From NCBI GenBank assembly GCA_964016885.1, contig OZ024761.1, positions 13,082,001 through 13,146,000 of the forward strand: 64,000 bases of DNA, written 5' to 3'. This document shows positions 43,352-56,120 of this stretch, one piece after another (the stretch's first letter is position 1; each line of letters starts with the position of its first letter). The notes under the pieces were generated by a model. The model saw only the letters and a list, made by a program, of their open reading frames with translations, made no database searches and was not told the DNA's origin. Both the position numbers and the translations under genes were made by a program. This DNA comes from Eledone cirrhosa. Taxonomy: Eukaryota.

Positions 43352-43872
43352 TACGAGGTGTGTCAGAAAAGTTCCAGGACTGATGTCACAAAAGATTTAT
43401 TTCAAACCCAAACTTCACACTAAGAGTTTTCTCCTTCAAAGTAATCCCCCTGGAGTCTAATGCACTTTCCCATCCTTTTCTGCCACGCTTGCATGCACTT
43501 CTGGAAGGATTCTTCCGGGGTCCTCCGCAGTTCCGTCGTCACGGCCTTTTTGATGTCGTCCACGTCTTCAAAACGGGTCCCCTCCGGGTCGTACTCGAAG
43601 ATCCATGACTCATCACCGGTGATGACTGTCCCTAGCAAGTCTGGTTCGGTTTCAAGACACTCGAGGATGTCCTGGCACACTTGCATGCGTCGATCCTTCT
43701 GGTCATCGTTCAGCAGTCTTGGCACCATCTTCGCGCAGTGAGAATCTTCCAGAAGCTGCCCCGATTCATGCCCAGCTCATTTGCCATCAGTCGAACGGTC
43801 AGCCGACGATCGCTACGCACTATCTGCCTGACACGCTCAACGTTGACCTCATGCCTGGTTGTTGAGGGCATC
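43352..43872 (-). mobile_element. Internally deleted mariner transposase relic
   Basis: VPRLL..DQKDRRMQVC...VITGDESWIFEYDPE and GTRFEDVDDIK...KCIRLQGDYFEG; TIR tacgaggtgtgtcagaaaagttcc next to a TA run. Confidence 0.88.
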
Positions 43873-44026
43873 TGATCCCTCTTATTCCTAATTTCTCACT
43901 TGAGATATATATTCTCACCTGAGATATATATATATATACATGTACAAATATATATACACACACACACACACATACACACATACATCTACATGCAATAACA
44001 TGTCTAGGTGATGTTATAATACATAC

Positions 44027-44104
44027 TTTAACTAGTGCTGCTGTTTTAGGGGAAGCTTGGAACACAATCCACTCATCGACAGTAATACAGTCTTGGTCAC
44101 CATC
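44027..44104 (-). CDS. DHX36: DHX36 coding exon
   Basis: ttacag|GATGGT...GTTAAA|gtatgt; 78 bp; DGDQDCITVDEWIVFQASPKTAALVK. Confidence 0.94.
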
Positions 44105-44944
44105 CTGTAATGGGAGAGAGTGAGAGAGAGAGAGAGGTACATATATTTATATAGAGAGAAAGTTTGTGGTACTGAGACTGAACAGAGCCCTAATGCATGG
44201 GGGGGAAGATGCACAGTAGGTATAATGCTGAAAGCGTTTGGTGCTGTGGACACGATTATACCTCTCTCTCATCATCATCAAGGTTTAGTGTCCATTTTTC
44301 CATGCTCACATGGGTTAGACATTGCATCTATACATATTTATACATATTTATATATATATATATAGTAATAATAATAAATGCGAAGACTAAAATCCAAAGG
44401 GGGCTCGTTAAGGGTGGAAGCAGCGATTCTTTGCTTACACTTTAATCTGTTATTTTAGTAAACATATAGTAATACAGTTGACCCAACCCCCCACAGGAAC
44501 AAGCCGAAGCTGAAGCATATAGACAATATGCCCCTACACGCTCCCACTGCAAAGTGGTCGTGTAGACGCCACGGAAAAAAGCACCCAGCACTCACTGTAA
44601 ATGAGGTTGGTGTTAGGAAGGGCATCCAGCTGTAGAAATCAAGCCAGAATCAGTTCCCGTATGAGCAAGACAAGATCTGGCGACCGGACACTGCCCACAA
44701 CAGGACAACTCGTCTAACCCATGCTAGCGTGGAAGAACGGACGTAAAACGGTGATGATGATATATATATATTTATTAAAATAACAGATTAAAGTTTAAGC
44801 AAAGAATCGATGCTTTCACCCTTGACGGGACCTTCTGAAACTAATAAATATTTGCTCTACGGTTCTTATATATTTTATATATATTTATCCTTATCGAGGC
44901 CTCTTTGGATTTTAGTCTTCACATTTATTATTATTACTATATAT

Positions 44945-45332
44945 ATATGTTGGTGCCACAAAATCCAGGCCGAAACAAATGAGATCGTGTAGGTGTCACG
45001 ACAAAAAAACACACAGTCTGTAATGTGACCGTGTAGGCAACACGGTAAAAACCTCCCAGCCCCACACTGTAAATGTGGTTGGTGTTAGGAAGGGCATCCA
45101 GCTGTAGAAAACCCGCCAGAGAGTCCACGCTGTAATGTGGCCGTGTAGGCAACACGGTAAAAACCTCCCAGCCCCACACTGTAAATGTGGTTGGTGTTAG
45201 GAAGGGCATCCAACCGTAGAAAACCCGCCAGACAGTCCTATGCGAGCAAGACAACCACTCTTGCCTCAAGTGGGAAAACTCCCGTCCAAACCCATGCAAG
45301 CGTGGAACATGGACGCTAAACGATGATGATGA
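44945..45332 (+). mobile_element. RTE 3'UTR/tail fragment (similar at 40030-40378 and 44520-44760)
   Basis: ggtgttaggaagggcatccagctgtagaaa ... cccatgcaagcgtggaa...ggacg..aaacgatgatgat shared with the LINE at 49550. Confidence 0.8.
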
Positions 45333-45579
45333 TATAGTAATAATAATAATAAATATTGTTGCATAATATATGCAGACAGAGGGTGCAGTGCACCTTACTG
45401 CTGCATTTGTGCGGCCGAAACTCGAGTCCAGGAACTATTATAGGCTCCCGTTTTACGTGTGTTGTATTGAAGCGAATAACTATGTGTATACTCTGGGAGT
45501 GTATCTTACATTACCTATTGAGTACGCTGAGATACAACCGGTACTGGCATTGATAAATATGGTAGGTCCGTCAACTCCT

Positions 45580-45908
<329 letters not shown>

Positions 45909-46394
45909 TATATATATATATATATCATTCATTTCATTTTACGTCCACTTTTCCCTGCTTGCAAGGGTGGGACGGGAACTGATTCTGGCTTGATTTCTAC
46001 AGCTGGATGCCCTTCCTAACACCAGCCTCATTTACAGTGAGTGCTGGGTGCTTTTTTGCCGTGGCACCTCCACGTCCACTTTGCAGTGGAATGATAGGGA
46101 CCCCAGTCCCTATCATCTCATTTCTACAGCTGAGTAAACTGGAGCAATGTGAAATAAAGAGTCTTGCTCAAGGAAACAACACATCACCCAGTCTGAGAAT
46201 TGAACTCACAACCTTTCAATTGCAAGGCCAATGCTCTAACCACTAAGCCATGTGCCTCCATATATATATATAAATATATATAGAGAGAGAGAGACAGCAA
46301 TCCAGTCTTGGTCACTATCTTGTGGGGGAAAGAGAGTGAAGCAGAATTTTCATGAGAGGGAGAGAGATAGAAGAAAAGAAAGAATAGAGTTTAC

Positions 46395-46469
46395 CTTTGT
46401 GATACCTATAGGTCCACCAAAGAATAGGAGGGGATAAGGTGAGACAATGGTACAGTCATGGAGGAAGAT
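46395..46469 (-). CDS. DHX36: DHX36 coding exon
   Basis: ctccccag|ATCTTC...ACAAAG|gtaaac; 75 bp; IFLHDCTIVSPYPLLFFGGPIGITK. Confidence 0.94.
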
Positions 46470-47130
46470 CTGGGGAGTAGAACCAACAACTAATTAATCA
46501 ATAACAGGTAGAATTTAATTAAAATATGTTAATTGACAGAAAGAAACAAAAGGGAAGATAATACACAACACATTATTATTATTATTATTATTATTAGCAC
46601 AGAGTTACGTCCCTTTACGTTCTGAGTTCAAATCCCGTCGAGGTTAACTTTACCTTTCATCCTTACGAGGTCGATAAATAAAGTACCAGAAATTTCTGGC
46701 CTTGTGCCAAAAGTAGAAACAATTATTATTATTGTTATTATTAGAGAGTCGGACACCATGCTTTGAAGCATAGAGTTACGTCCCTTTATGATCTGAGTTC
46801 AAATCCCGCCAAGGTTAACTTTGCCTTTCATCCTCACGGGGTCGATAAAATAAAGTACCAGTAATGCACTGGGTAATTGCTGGCCTTGTGCCAAAAGTAG
46901 AAACAATTATTATTATTGGGCGGTGAATTATCGGTAGAGGGTCGGACACTGTGTTTTCAAACCTAGTTACGTCCATTTATTGTCTGAGTTCAAATCTGGC
47001 TGAGGTTAACTTTGCCTTTCATCCTTACGGGGTTAATAAAATAAAGTACCAGTAATGCACTGGGGTCCATTTAATCGACTTTCTTCTCCCCTTCAACATC
47101 AATAAGACAACATCAATAAGACAACAACAA

Positions 47131-47162
<32 letters not shown>

Positions 47163-47173
47163 GCATTACTCAC

Positions 47174-47297
47174 CCCAGACGTCTTTAATATTTGATGGTA
47201 AATCAACCATTTTGATTCAAACTCTGTTTCTGTGGAATTAACTGATTTAGGGTGAAGAGTGACCCTGTTCTCAGTCTTGGTTTGTAGTAAGGGTGGC
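47174..47297 (-). CDS. DHX36: DHX36 coding exon (OB fold)
   Basis: tgttccag|GCCACC...TCTGGG|gtgagt; 124 bp; (R)PPLLQTKTENRVTLHPKSVNSTETEFESKWLIYHQILKTSG (HPKSVN motif). Confidence 0.95.
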
Positions 47298-47372
47298 CTG
47301 GAACACAGAGCACAGGTGACATATACAGTAATGACAGAGGTACCCTGACTATATAATACTATATACCCTGAT

Positions 47373-48244
47373 GTATACAAGGGGGCTTCAAAAAGTTTGT
47401 GGAAAAAGGACAGTTGGTTTAAGTTAGCATATTTATTTTCAACATATGCTCCATCTCGTACCAATACACTTCTGCAAGTGTTGATACCAGACTTTAAGTC
47501 CATCTGTGTAAAACTGAGGGCTAATGTGATATAAACCTTGTCAAAGCAGCTTGTTTTTACATCTTCTACTGGGGCTCATCTTCAACCTCATCTCTTCCAC
47601 TTCTAAAACAACTTATCCATTTGTAGGTTGTTGATATGAGACACATGGCTTAGTGGTTAGAGCATTGGCCTTGCAATCGAAAGATTGTGAGTTCAATTCT
47701 CAGACCGGGTGATGTGTTGTTTCCTTGAGCAAGACACTTTATTTCACATTGCTCCAGTTTACTCAGCTGTAGAAATGAGATGATAGGGACTGGGGTCCCT
47801 ATCATTCCACTGTAAAGTGGTCGTGGAGGTGCCACGGCAAAAAAGCACCCAGCACTCACTGTAAATGAGGTTGGTGTTAGGAAGGGCATCCAGCTGTAGA
47901 AATCAAGCCAGGATCAGTTTCCGTCCCACCCTTGCAAGCAGGAAAAAGCGGACGTAAAATGATGATGATTTCTTTGGGGCATTGTCCCCATAAACCTGCC
48001 CCACATTGTCAATGATTTGGCTGCTCTTCCACCCTAGCTTCACCACGAATTTGATGGAGGCCACGTTGCTTGTGCGGGTACTGACTTCCGACTGGCGGGG
48101 CCGTGTTGCAACATGCATTTAAGGGTTCATGTTAGGACATGTTAGGACATGTTAGTACGAGAACATACAGGTGCATTGAGATCAAAATCCCTGCAGATGA
48201 CTTTTAGCTATGTACTTTTTCCACAAACTTCTTGAAGCCCCCTC
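47373..48244. mobile_element. Mariner-type non-autonomous element with a nested SINE
   Basis: TIRs agggggcttcaaaaagtttgtggaaaa (47380) / ttttccacaaacttcttgaagccccct (to 48243); HTH-like relic IKFVVKLGWKSSQIIDNVGQVYGDNAP. Confidence 0.8.
47638..47970 (+). mobile_element. SINE family 2 (~330 bp; tRNA head, RTE-type tail). Other copies + 58468; - 45926, 56268, 56975, 63610
   Basis: A box TGGCTTAGTGG, B box GAGTTCAATTC, ccttgagcaagacact core, 3' end shared with the RTE LINE, (GAT)n tail. Confidence 0.88.
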
Positions 48245-48294
48245 AGATAGTAATGACAGGGGTAGCCTGGAATATAGAGCACAGGTGATGACAT

Positions 48295-49082
48295 GGATGA
48301 TGATGATGGTGATGGTGGTGGTGGTGGTGGTGATGGTGGTGGTGGTGGTGGTGATGATGGTGGTGATGGTGGTGGTGGTGATGATGGTGGTGGTGGTGGT
48401 GATGGTGGTGGTGAGGGTGGTGGTGGTAATGATGGTGGTGGAGATGGTGGTGGTGGTGGTGATGGTGGTGGTGGTGGTAGTGGTGATGATGGTGGTGGTG
48501 ATGGTGATGGTGGTGGTGGTGATGGTGAGGGTGGTGGTGGTGATGATGGTGGTGGTGGTGGTGATGGTGGTGGAGATGGTGGTGGTGGTGGTGGTGAAGG
48601 TGGTGATGGTGGTAATGGTGAGGGTGGTGATGGTGGTGGTGATGGTGGTGATGGTGGTGGTGATGGTGGTGATGGTGAGGGTGGTGGTGGTGATGATGGT
48701 GGTGGTGATGGCGGTGGTGATGGTGATGATGGTGGTGGTGATGATGGTGGTGGTGATGATGGTGGTGAAGGTGGTGGCGGTGGTGATGGTGGTGAAGGTG
48801 GTGGTGGTGGTGATGGTGGTGGTGGTGGTGGTGATGATGGTGGTGGTGATGGTGGTGATGGTGATGATGGTGGTGGTGATGATGGTGGTGAAGGTGGTGG
48901 TGGTGGTGGTGGTGACAATGATGATGATGATGATAATGACAATGATAACGATGATAATGATGATGATGACGATGACAATAATGATGATAATAACGATGGT
49001 GATGATAATGATGATGACGATGACGATGATGATGGTGATGATGATGGTGACAATGACAATGACAATCATCGTCACCATCATC
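48295..49082. repeat. (GGT/GAT)n trinucleotide tract
   Basis: Direct reading; source of the poly-G/D, poly-P/S and poly-T/I ORFs. Confidence 0.97.
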
Positions 49083-49129
49083 ATGTTACACCTGTTATTC
49101 CACCCCTGCACTCTGAGCAGTTGACTTAC

Positions 49130-49214
49130 CTTTTTTTTGAAGGAACTTTGTTAACCTTGGCAACATTTGGGTAGAGACCAGCACATACAATGGCTTTTAT
49201 CAACTCCAGGTTCT
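49130..49214 (-). CDS. DHX36: DHX36 coding exon (OB-fold start)
   Basis: tttgtcag|AGAACC...AAAAAG|gtaagt; 85 bp; (E)NLELIKAIVCAGLYPNVAKVNKVPSKK(R). Confidence 0.94.
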
Positions 49215-49398
49215 CTGACAAATATATACAATCATTACATATATATATATACAATAAAATAAAGTACCAGTAATGCACTGGTTAATTGCTGGCCTTGAGC
49301 CAAAAGTAGAAACAATTATATATATATATATATATACGATAAAATAAAGTACCAGTAATGCACTGGGTAATTGCTGGCCTTGTGCCAAAAGTAGAAAC

Positions 49399-49468
<70 letters not shown>

Positions 49469-49549
49469 GATAAAATAAAGTACCAGTAATGCACTGGGTA
49501 ATTGCTGGCCTTGTTCCAAAAGTAGAAACAATTATATATATATATATAT

Positions 49550-51632
49550 CATCGACCCAATAGAGGGACCAGCAGTGTTAGTCGAGGGGAGTATAATAAG
49601 TAAGGCAATCAAGGATATGAAGACGGGTAAGGCGGCTGGGCCTTCGGAAATAGTTGCTGAGATGCTGAAGGCATCTGGCACGGTGGGACACACCATGGTC
49701 ACCCGCATAGTTAACCAAGTCGTACAGAATGGGGTTGTTCCGAAGGACTGGCATAGCAGCATCATCGTTAACTGTTATAAGGGTAAAGGAGACGCCCTAG
49801 ATAGGAGTAACTATAGAGGCATTAAATTGATCGACCAGGTCATGAAGGTCACGGAAAAAGTAATAGCACAACTAATCAGAGAGAGAATTGACCTAGATGA
49901 AATGCAGTTCGGGTTTGTGTCAGGCAAAAGTACCACAGACGCTCTTTTCATTGTACGACAACTACAGGAGAAGTACCTAGCTAAAGGTAAACCCCTCTAC
50001 TTAGCTTTTGTCGACTTGGAGAAAGCCTTCGACAGAGTCCCCCGCTCCATTATCTGGTGGGCTCTTAGAAAACTAGGCGTTGACGAATGGCTTGTGAGAG
50101 CTATACAAGCCATGTATAAAGAAACAGTCAGCAAGGTTAGAATTAACAACGAATATAGTGAAGAGTTTAGCGTAAAAGTTGGCGTCCATCAGGGCTCTGT
50201 TCTCAGCCCCCTACTATTTATTATTGCCCTTCAGGCTATAACAGAGGAGTTCAAGACCGGCTGCCCATGGGAACTCCTATACGCAGACGACCTGACACTC
50301 ATAGCGGAATCAATGGCCGAGCTAGAGAAGAAATTCCAAACATGGAAGCACGGCCTAGAATCAAAAGGCCTTAAAATTAACCTGGCTAAGACTAAAGTTC
50401 TAGTTTGTAGGAAAGAAAATAAGGCGGCGGTCCCTTCTGGGAAATGGTCGTGCTCGGTGTGTAGGAAAGGCGTAGGTAGAAACTCCATTTTATGTCCTAA
50501 ATGCAAAGTATGGGTGCATAAAAGATGTAGTGGGATCACAGGTAAGCTAACTAAGAACATAGATTTTACATGTGGCCGGTGCTCTGGTGCAATAAGTAGC
50601 AGCAAGTGCCCACAAAATACTAGCTCTTTCAATTGCGCAGAGGGTTCTATAGAAATAGTGGACAGTTTCCGTTACCTGGGTGATAAAATCAGCAGTGGGG
50701 GAGGGTGCTCTGAAAGTACAGTAGCTAGAGTCAGAACTGGTTGGAAAAAGTTCAGAGAACTTATACCACTATTAGCTGCTAAAGGGTTCTCCCTAAAAAT
50801 GAAAGGCAGGTTGTACGATGCCTGCATACGAACAGCAATGTTGCATGGCAGTGAGACCTGGGCATTGTGTGCAGAAGATATACGCAGACTAGAGAGGAAC
50901 GAAGCTTGCATGCTCCGCTGGATGTGAAACAGTAATATACGTGAACGGCAAAGCATAAACGAACTAAGGAAAAAATTAGAAATAAGAGGGATCAGATGTT
51001 GTTTACTCGAGAGAAGGCTACGTTGGTATGGACACGTGATGCGCATGAAAGTCGATAGCTGTATAACAAAGTGCAGGGCAATAAAGATAGACGGTAGCCA
51101 CGGAATAGGCAGACCTAGAAAAACCTGGGACGAGCTGATAAACTCCGACCTCACACACTTACACCTCTCCAAGACAATGTCACTGGACCGAGACCTTTGG
51201 CGGTACTCAGTAACAGAGAAGACCCGCCTTACCTAAATACATAGTAAAACCTACTACAGCCAGTAGGCATCTAACAAAATAAACCCCCCCCCCCGTCCCA
51301 CCACCCCCAACCCATCCACGCCACCCCGTTCTATGTAAAGTTGTGTTGGTGCCACACCATCCAGGCCGAAACAAATGAGATCGTGTAGGTGTCACGACAA
51401 AAAAACACACAGTCCACGCTGTAATGTGGCCGTGTAGGCAACACGGTAAAAACCTCCCAGACCCACACTGTAAATGTGGTTGGTGTTAGGAAGGGCATCC
51501 AACTGTAGAAAACCTGCCAGACAGTCCTATGCGAGCAAGACAATCACTCTTGCCTCAAGTGGGACTACCCCCGTCCAAACCCATGCAAGCGTGGAACACG
51601 GACGTTAAACGGTGATGATGATGATGATGATG
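49550..51632 (+). mobile_element. 5'-truncated RTE-clade LINE: RT with Cys-rich insertion, one nonsense codon, 3'UTR and (GAT)n tail
   Basis: ORF 49575-50927 has RT motifs (NYRGIKL, QFGF, AFVDLEKAFDRV, GVHQGSVLSP, LYADD, YLG) and a CxxC..CxxC..H..C cluster. TGA at 50925-50927 replaces a Cys codon and the frame continues to 51236 (RRLRWYGHV, GRPRKTW). Confidence 0.93.
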
Positions 51633-51697
51633 ATACGATAAAATAAAGTACCAGTTATGCACTGGGTAATTGCTGGCCTTGTGCCAAAAGTAGAAAC

Positions 51698-51731
<34 letters not shown>

Positions 51732-51869
51732 GATAAAATAAAGTACCAGTAATGCACTGGGTAATTGCTGGCCTTGTGCCAAAAGTAGAAACAATTCATC
51801 ATCATCATCATCATCATCAGGTTTAGCGTCCGTGTTCCACGCTTGCATGGGTTATATATATATATATAT

Positions 51870-52548
51870 ATACGACAGCTGTATAAAAAAGTGCAGGGTG
51901 ATCAAAATAGACGGTAGCCACGGAGTAGGCAGACCCAGAAAAACCTGGGACGACTTGATAAACTCCGACCTCACACACTTACACCTCTCCAAGACAATGT
52001 CACTGGACCGAGATCTTTGGCACTACACAGTAATACAGAAGATCCGCCTTGCCTAAGTACAAAGCGAAACCTACAGTCAGTAGGCACCTCTAACAAAATA
52101 CACGCCCGTCCCACTACCCCCACCCCATCCACACCACCCTCTTAAATGTGAAGTTATGTTGGTACCACAACATCCAGTCCGAAACAAATGAGGTCGTGTA
52201 GGTGTCACGACAAAAAAACACACAGTTCACGCTGTAATGTGTCCGTGTAGGCAACACGGTAAAAGCCTCCCAGTCCACACTGTAAATGTGGTTGGTGTTA
52301 GGAAGGGCATCCAGCCGTAGAAAAGCCGCCAGACAGTCCACGCTGTAATGTGGCCGTGTAGGCAACACGGTAAAAACCTCCCAGTCCACACTGTAAACGT
52401 GGTTGGTGTTAGGAAGGGCATCCAGCCGTAGAAAACCCGCCAGACAGTCCTATACGAGCAGGACAACCAATCTTGCCTCAAGTGGGAAAACTCCCGTCCA
52501 AACCCATGCAAGCGTGGAATATGGACGTTAAACGATGATGATGATGAT
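51870..52548 (+). mobile_element. Second RTE 3'-end fragment (C-terminus plus 3'UTR)
   Basis: DSCIKKCRVIKIDGSHGVGRPRKTW; 3'UTR homologous to 51240-51632; (GAT)n tail. Confidence 0.85.
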
Positions 52549-52687
52549 GTATATATATATATGTATTTATAGAAGTGTATATATATATGTTTATGTATCT
52601 ATATATATATATGTTTATCAAATAAGGAGAATATTTACTTACCAGCTGTTGTCAAAAGTATCTATCTATATATATATATATATATAT

Positions 52688-53101
52688 ATATTGAATTCAC
52701 AAGAATCAAAGCTATGTTCAAAACATTTATCCGCTGACAATTGTTTCTTCCAAACCTAGGCTTGGAGTCTTCGGAGCATTTTTAATGTTTGTACATATAT
52801 AATTGACCTCCTACTCAACGTAAGAGACATACAGATACATATATATATATATTGATGTACAGTGTAGAGTTTAATTTGAATTACTGTACAAATATAGTAT
52901 AGTATAATATATGTCGCATCAACTCCAGACTGTACATCAATATATATATGTATCTGTATGTCTCTTACGTTGAGTAGGAGGTCAATTATATATGTACAAA
53001 CATTAAAAATGCTCAAAAGACTCCAAGCCTGGGCTTGGAAGAAACAATTGTCAGTGAATAAATGTTTTGAACATAGCTTTGATTCTTGTGAATTCAATAT
53101 T
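52688..53101. mobile_element. Palindromic MITE (~180-bp arms) in a DHX36 intron
   Basis: attgaattcacaagaatcaaagc...attgatgtacagt / actgtacatcaat...gattcttgtgaattcaat. Confidence 0.85.
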
Positions 53102-53235
53102 ACTGCTCTGTAAAACAACTGATGTTCTTACATTGAGCTATTTATCTTACTGGTAATAAGGTAGTAATAAATTACTGACCTTCACTGTTTATAGTTGTTT
53201 ATGGTTTAAAATATACCTAACTATAAATAGTATCC

Positions 53236-53279
<44 letters not shown>

Positions 53280-53520
53280 GTGGGAAAGTAAGAAATCGGA
53301 GAATAGACGTGGGAAAGTAAGAAATCGTTCTATTCTCCGATTTCTTACTTTCCCACGTGCTTACGCTCTGCTAACTCTCTAGCCCACTAAATATTAACAC
53401 TTCGAATATTTAATACTGCCAGCACTAGTATCGAGCACCTTTGGCATACGCTACTTGGCAAATCACTATATCTATCACCTATCCTCCCCTTTTTTTCTCT
53501 CTCTCGATACGTAAATACTG

Positions 53521-53570
<50 letters not shown>

Positions 53571-53590
53571 TATAAGTAGCAAGGATGATG

Positions 53591-53771
53591 GGTTACTCCT
53601 TCATTACATTTATTGGTTGGTGACGCGCGTTTCGCCAGACCTCTTAAAATGCTAGTAGCATTTTAAGAGGTCCGTCGAGCTGCAGATTACAGAGTCGGGA
53701 TAGATCGACACAGATCGAACCTTGAGCTGATCAGTGGTGAAACACGTGTCACCAACCAATAAATGTAATGA
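53591..53771. mobile_element. Small TIR element (~45-bp TIRs, internal hairpin)
   Basis: ggttactccttcattacatttattggttggtgac / gtcaccaaccaataaatgtaatgaaggagtaacc; inner gacctcttaaaatgcta-g-tagcattttaagaggtc. Confidence 0.75.
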
Positions 53772-54751
53772 AGGAGTAACCAATCGTCCTTGTTATCTTT
53801 TCAATACAATACACTCGGTATAGCTCTACACCTCGACACAGAAGTGAACCTAAACATCGAGTGCTCTCCCGGGTGAACCTACAGTAACTCCAAGTTACAC
53901 TCCCTAGATGTATATATAAGTATGTATACGTACATACATATATGTATACAGACGTACAGTAGTATGTATATACATACATGCACACATATATATATACGTA
54001 TGGGTTTACCGAACATTTATTATAATGGTCGGTTTGTTTGTAAACAAACAGCCCGAATTATTAGCCGTACAGTGTTCGGCAACCATGAACTAGTTTCTAG
54101 CTTATTAGCTGTCATCAGCACCGTATACCTTCCTGTCAGTTGATTGAACGTTTGAAAGTATATACTTTCCTTATGCATATTAACGGCTGAGTAGCCTAAT
54201 TTGCATATCGAGTGAGTTAGTCGGCCGAGTGTACCGAAAACGATAAATGTAAAAAATGAAATTTCGATATATGTATGTATCAATATATATGTACCTATAT
54301 ATGTGTGTCTATATATATGTAGCTATATATGTGTGTCTATATATATATATGTACCTATATATATGTGTCTATATATATATGTACCTATATATGTGTCTAT
54401 ATATATATATATCTATATATATGTGTCTATATATATATGTATCTATATGTGTCTATATATATGTAGCTATATATGTGTGTCTATATATATATGTATCTAT
54501 ATATGTGTGTCTATATATATATATGTATCTATATATGTGTGTCTATATATATATATATGTATCTATATATGTGTGTCTATATATATATATGTATCTATAT
54601 ATGTGTGTCTATATATATATGTGTGTCTATATATATATGTACCTATATATGTGTGTCTATATATATATGTACCTATATATGTGTGTCTATATATATATGT
54701 ACCTATATATGTGTGTCTATATATATATATATGTACCTCTGAAAGGCTCAC

Positions 54752-54851
54752 CTGAATTTTTGTTGGCGGCAGGATCTGAAGGATTTGGTTCTGATATGAA
54801 GCCAAGCTGGTGGATCAGAGAAGCAAATTGGCCCTTCATCTCTTTCAATAG
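54752..54851 (-). CDS. DHX36: DHX36 coding exon
   Basis: tattag|CTATTG...ATTCAG|gtgagc; 100 bp; LLKEMKGQFASLIHQLGFISEPNPSDPAANKNS(E). Confidence 0.93.
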
Positions 54852-55442
54852 CTAATAATAATAATAATAATGATTTATTTATTAACCACAAAGGGTTTAC
54901 ATGTAAAATACATTAAGGACAGTACAAATATAGGTTTCTGCATGTAAAAACAAAAAAATATAACAAAAAAAAAATGGAAACAAAAGAAAAATCCCCAATT
55001 GGAGTGAGATCACTGAGGGTTACTCATGGAGAAAGCCAACAAAAAGCCACGGTAACCCTGTATATGTGAGTGTGAGTGTACATGTGAGTGTGAGTGTGTG
55101 TGTGTGTGTATGTGTATGTACGTGTGGGTGCATGTGCATATGAGTGAGTGTATGTGTTTATGTGTATGAGTGAGTGTGTATGTACGTGTGAGTGCATGTG
55201 TGTAAGTGTATGTGCATATGAGTGAGTGTATGTGTTTGTGTATGAGTGAGTGTGTGTGTGTAAGTGTATGTGCATATGAGTGAGTGTATGAGTGCATGTG
55301 TGTAAGTGTATGTGCATATGAGTGAGTGTGTGTGTATGCATGTGTGTACGAGGGTATTCATATCCAGATGCTTCAGAAATGATCATTGAGAATTTATTTC
55401 TCATGAGAGGACAACTAGTAATAACAACAAAGGTTTCCTTAC

Positions 55443-55520
55443 CTTGAGAGTGTTTGAAGAGAGAAAGTTCTCGTAGCAGTAGGAATGGTCATAGCGTCCA
55501 GTCAGCGCCTTTCTCCAGCC
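55443..55520 (-). CDS. DHX36: DHX36 coding exon
   Basis: ccccag|GGCTGG...CTCAAG|gtaagg; 78 bp; GWRKALTGRYDHSYCYENFLSSNTLK. Confidence 0.94.
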
Positions 55521-55639
55521 CTGGGGATATAACAGAACACACCTATCACCTTCTGTTGTCACATTTGGTCATTTCAGGTTTAACATATTTCCATCATTCC
55601 TCAATTCCCAACACAAAACATATCAAACATACCATAACT

Positions 55640-56120
55640 TGGGCCCTTAAAGTCCTGATGGAGTCATAGGGGCACTGCTCTGGGCCCTTAAAGTCCTGAT
55701 GGAGTCATAGGGGTACTGCTCTGGGCCCTTAAAGTCCTGATGGAGTCATAGGGGCACTGCTCTGGGCCCTTAAAGTCCTGATGGAGTCATAGGGGCACTG
55801 CTCTGGGCCCTTAAAGTCCTGATGGAGTCATAGGGGCACTGCTCTGGGCCCTTAAAGTCCTGATGGAGTCATAGGGACACTGCTCTGGGCCCTTAAAGTC
55901 CTGATGGAGTCATAGGGGCACTGCTCTGGGCCCTTAAAGTCCTGATGGAGTCATAGGGGTACTGCTCTGGGCCCTTAAAGTCCTGATGGAGTCATAGGGG
56001 CACTGCTCTGGGCCCTTAAAGTCCTGATGGAGTCATAGGGGCACTGCTCTGGGCCCTTAAAGTCCTGATGGAGTCATAGCGGCACTGCTCTGGGCCCTTA
56101 AAGTCCTGATGGAATCATAG
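55640..56120. repeat. 41-bp minisatellite, ~12 copies
   Basis: Unit tgggcccttaaagtcctgatggagtcataggggcactgctc. Confidence 0.95.

Noticed and set aside
48182-49174. Gly/Asp-rich, Pro/Ser-rich and Thr-rich ORFs resembling structural proteins
   Set aside because: All frames of one (GGT/GAT)n tract inside a DHX36 intron; no unique coding flanks.
53725-53752. CTGATCA...GAAACACGTGTC as a Penelope-type minimal hammerhead
   Set aside because: The catalytic G of CUGAUGA is replaced and there is no stem II; a degenerate relic at best.
55640-56120. CTGATGGAG in the 41-bp repeat as a hammerhead ribozyme core
   Set aside because: The core is not CUGANGA, and there is no GAAA or closing stems.
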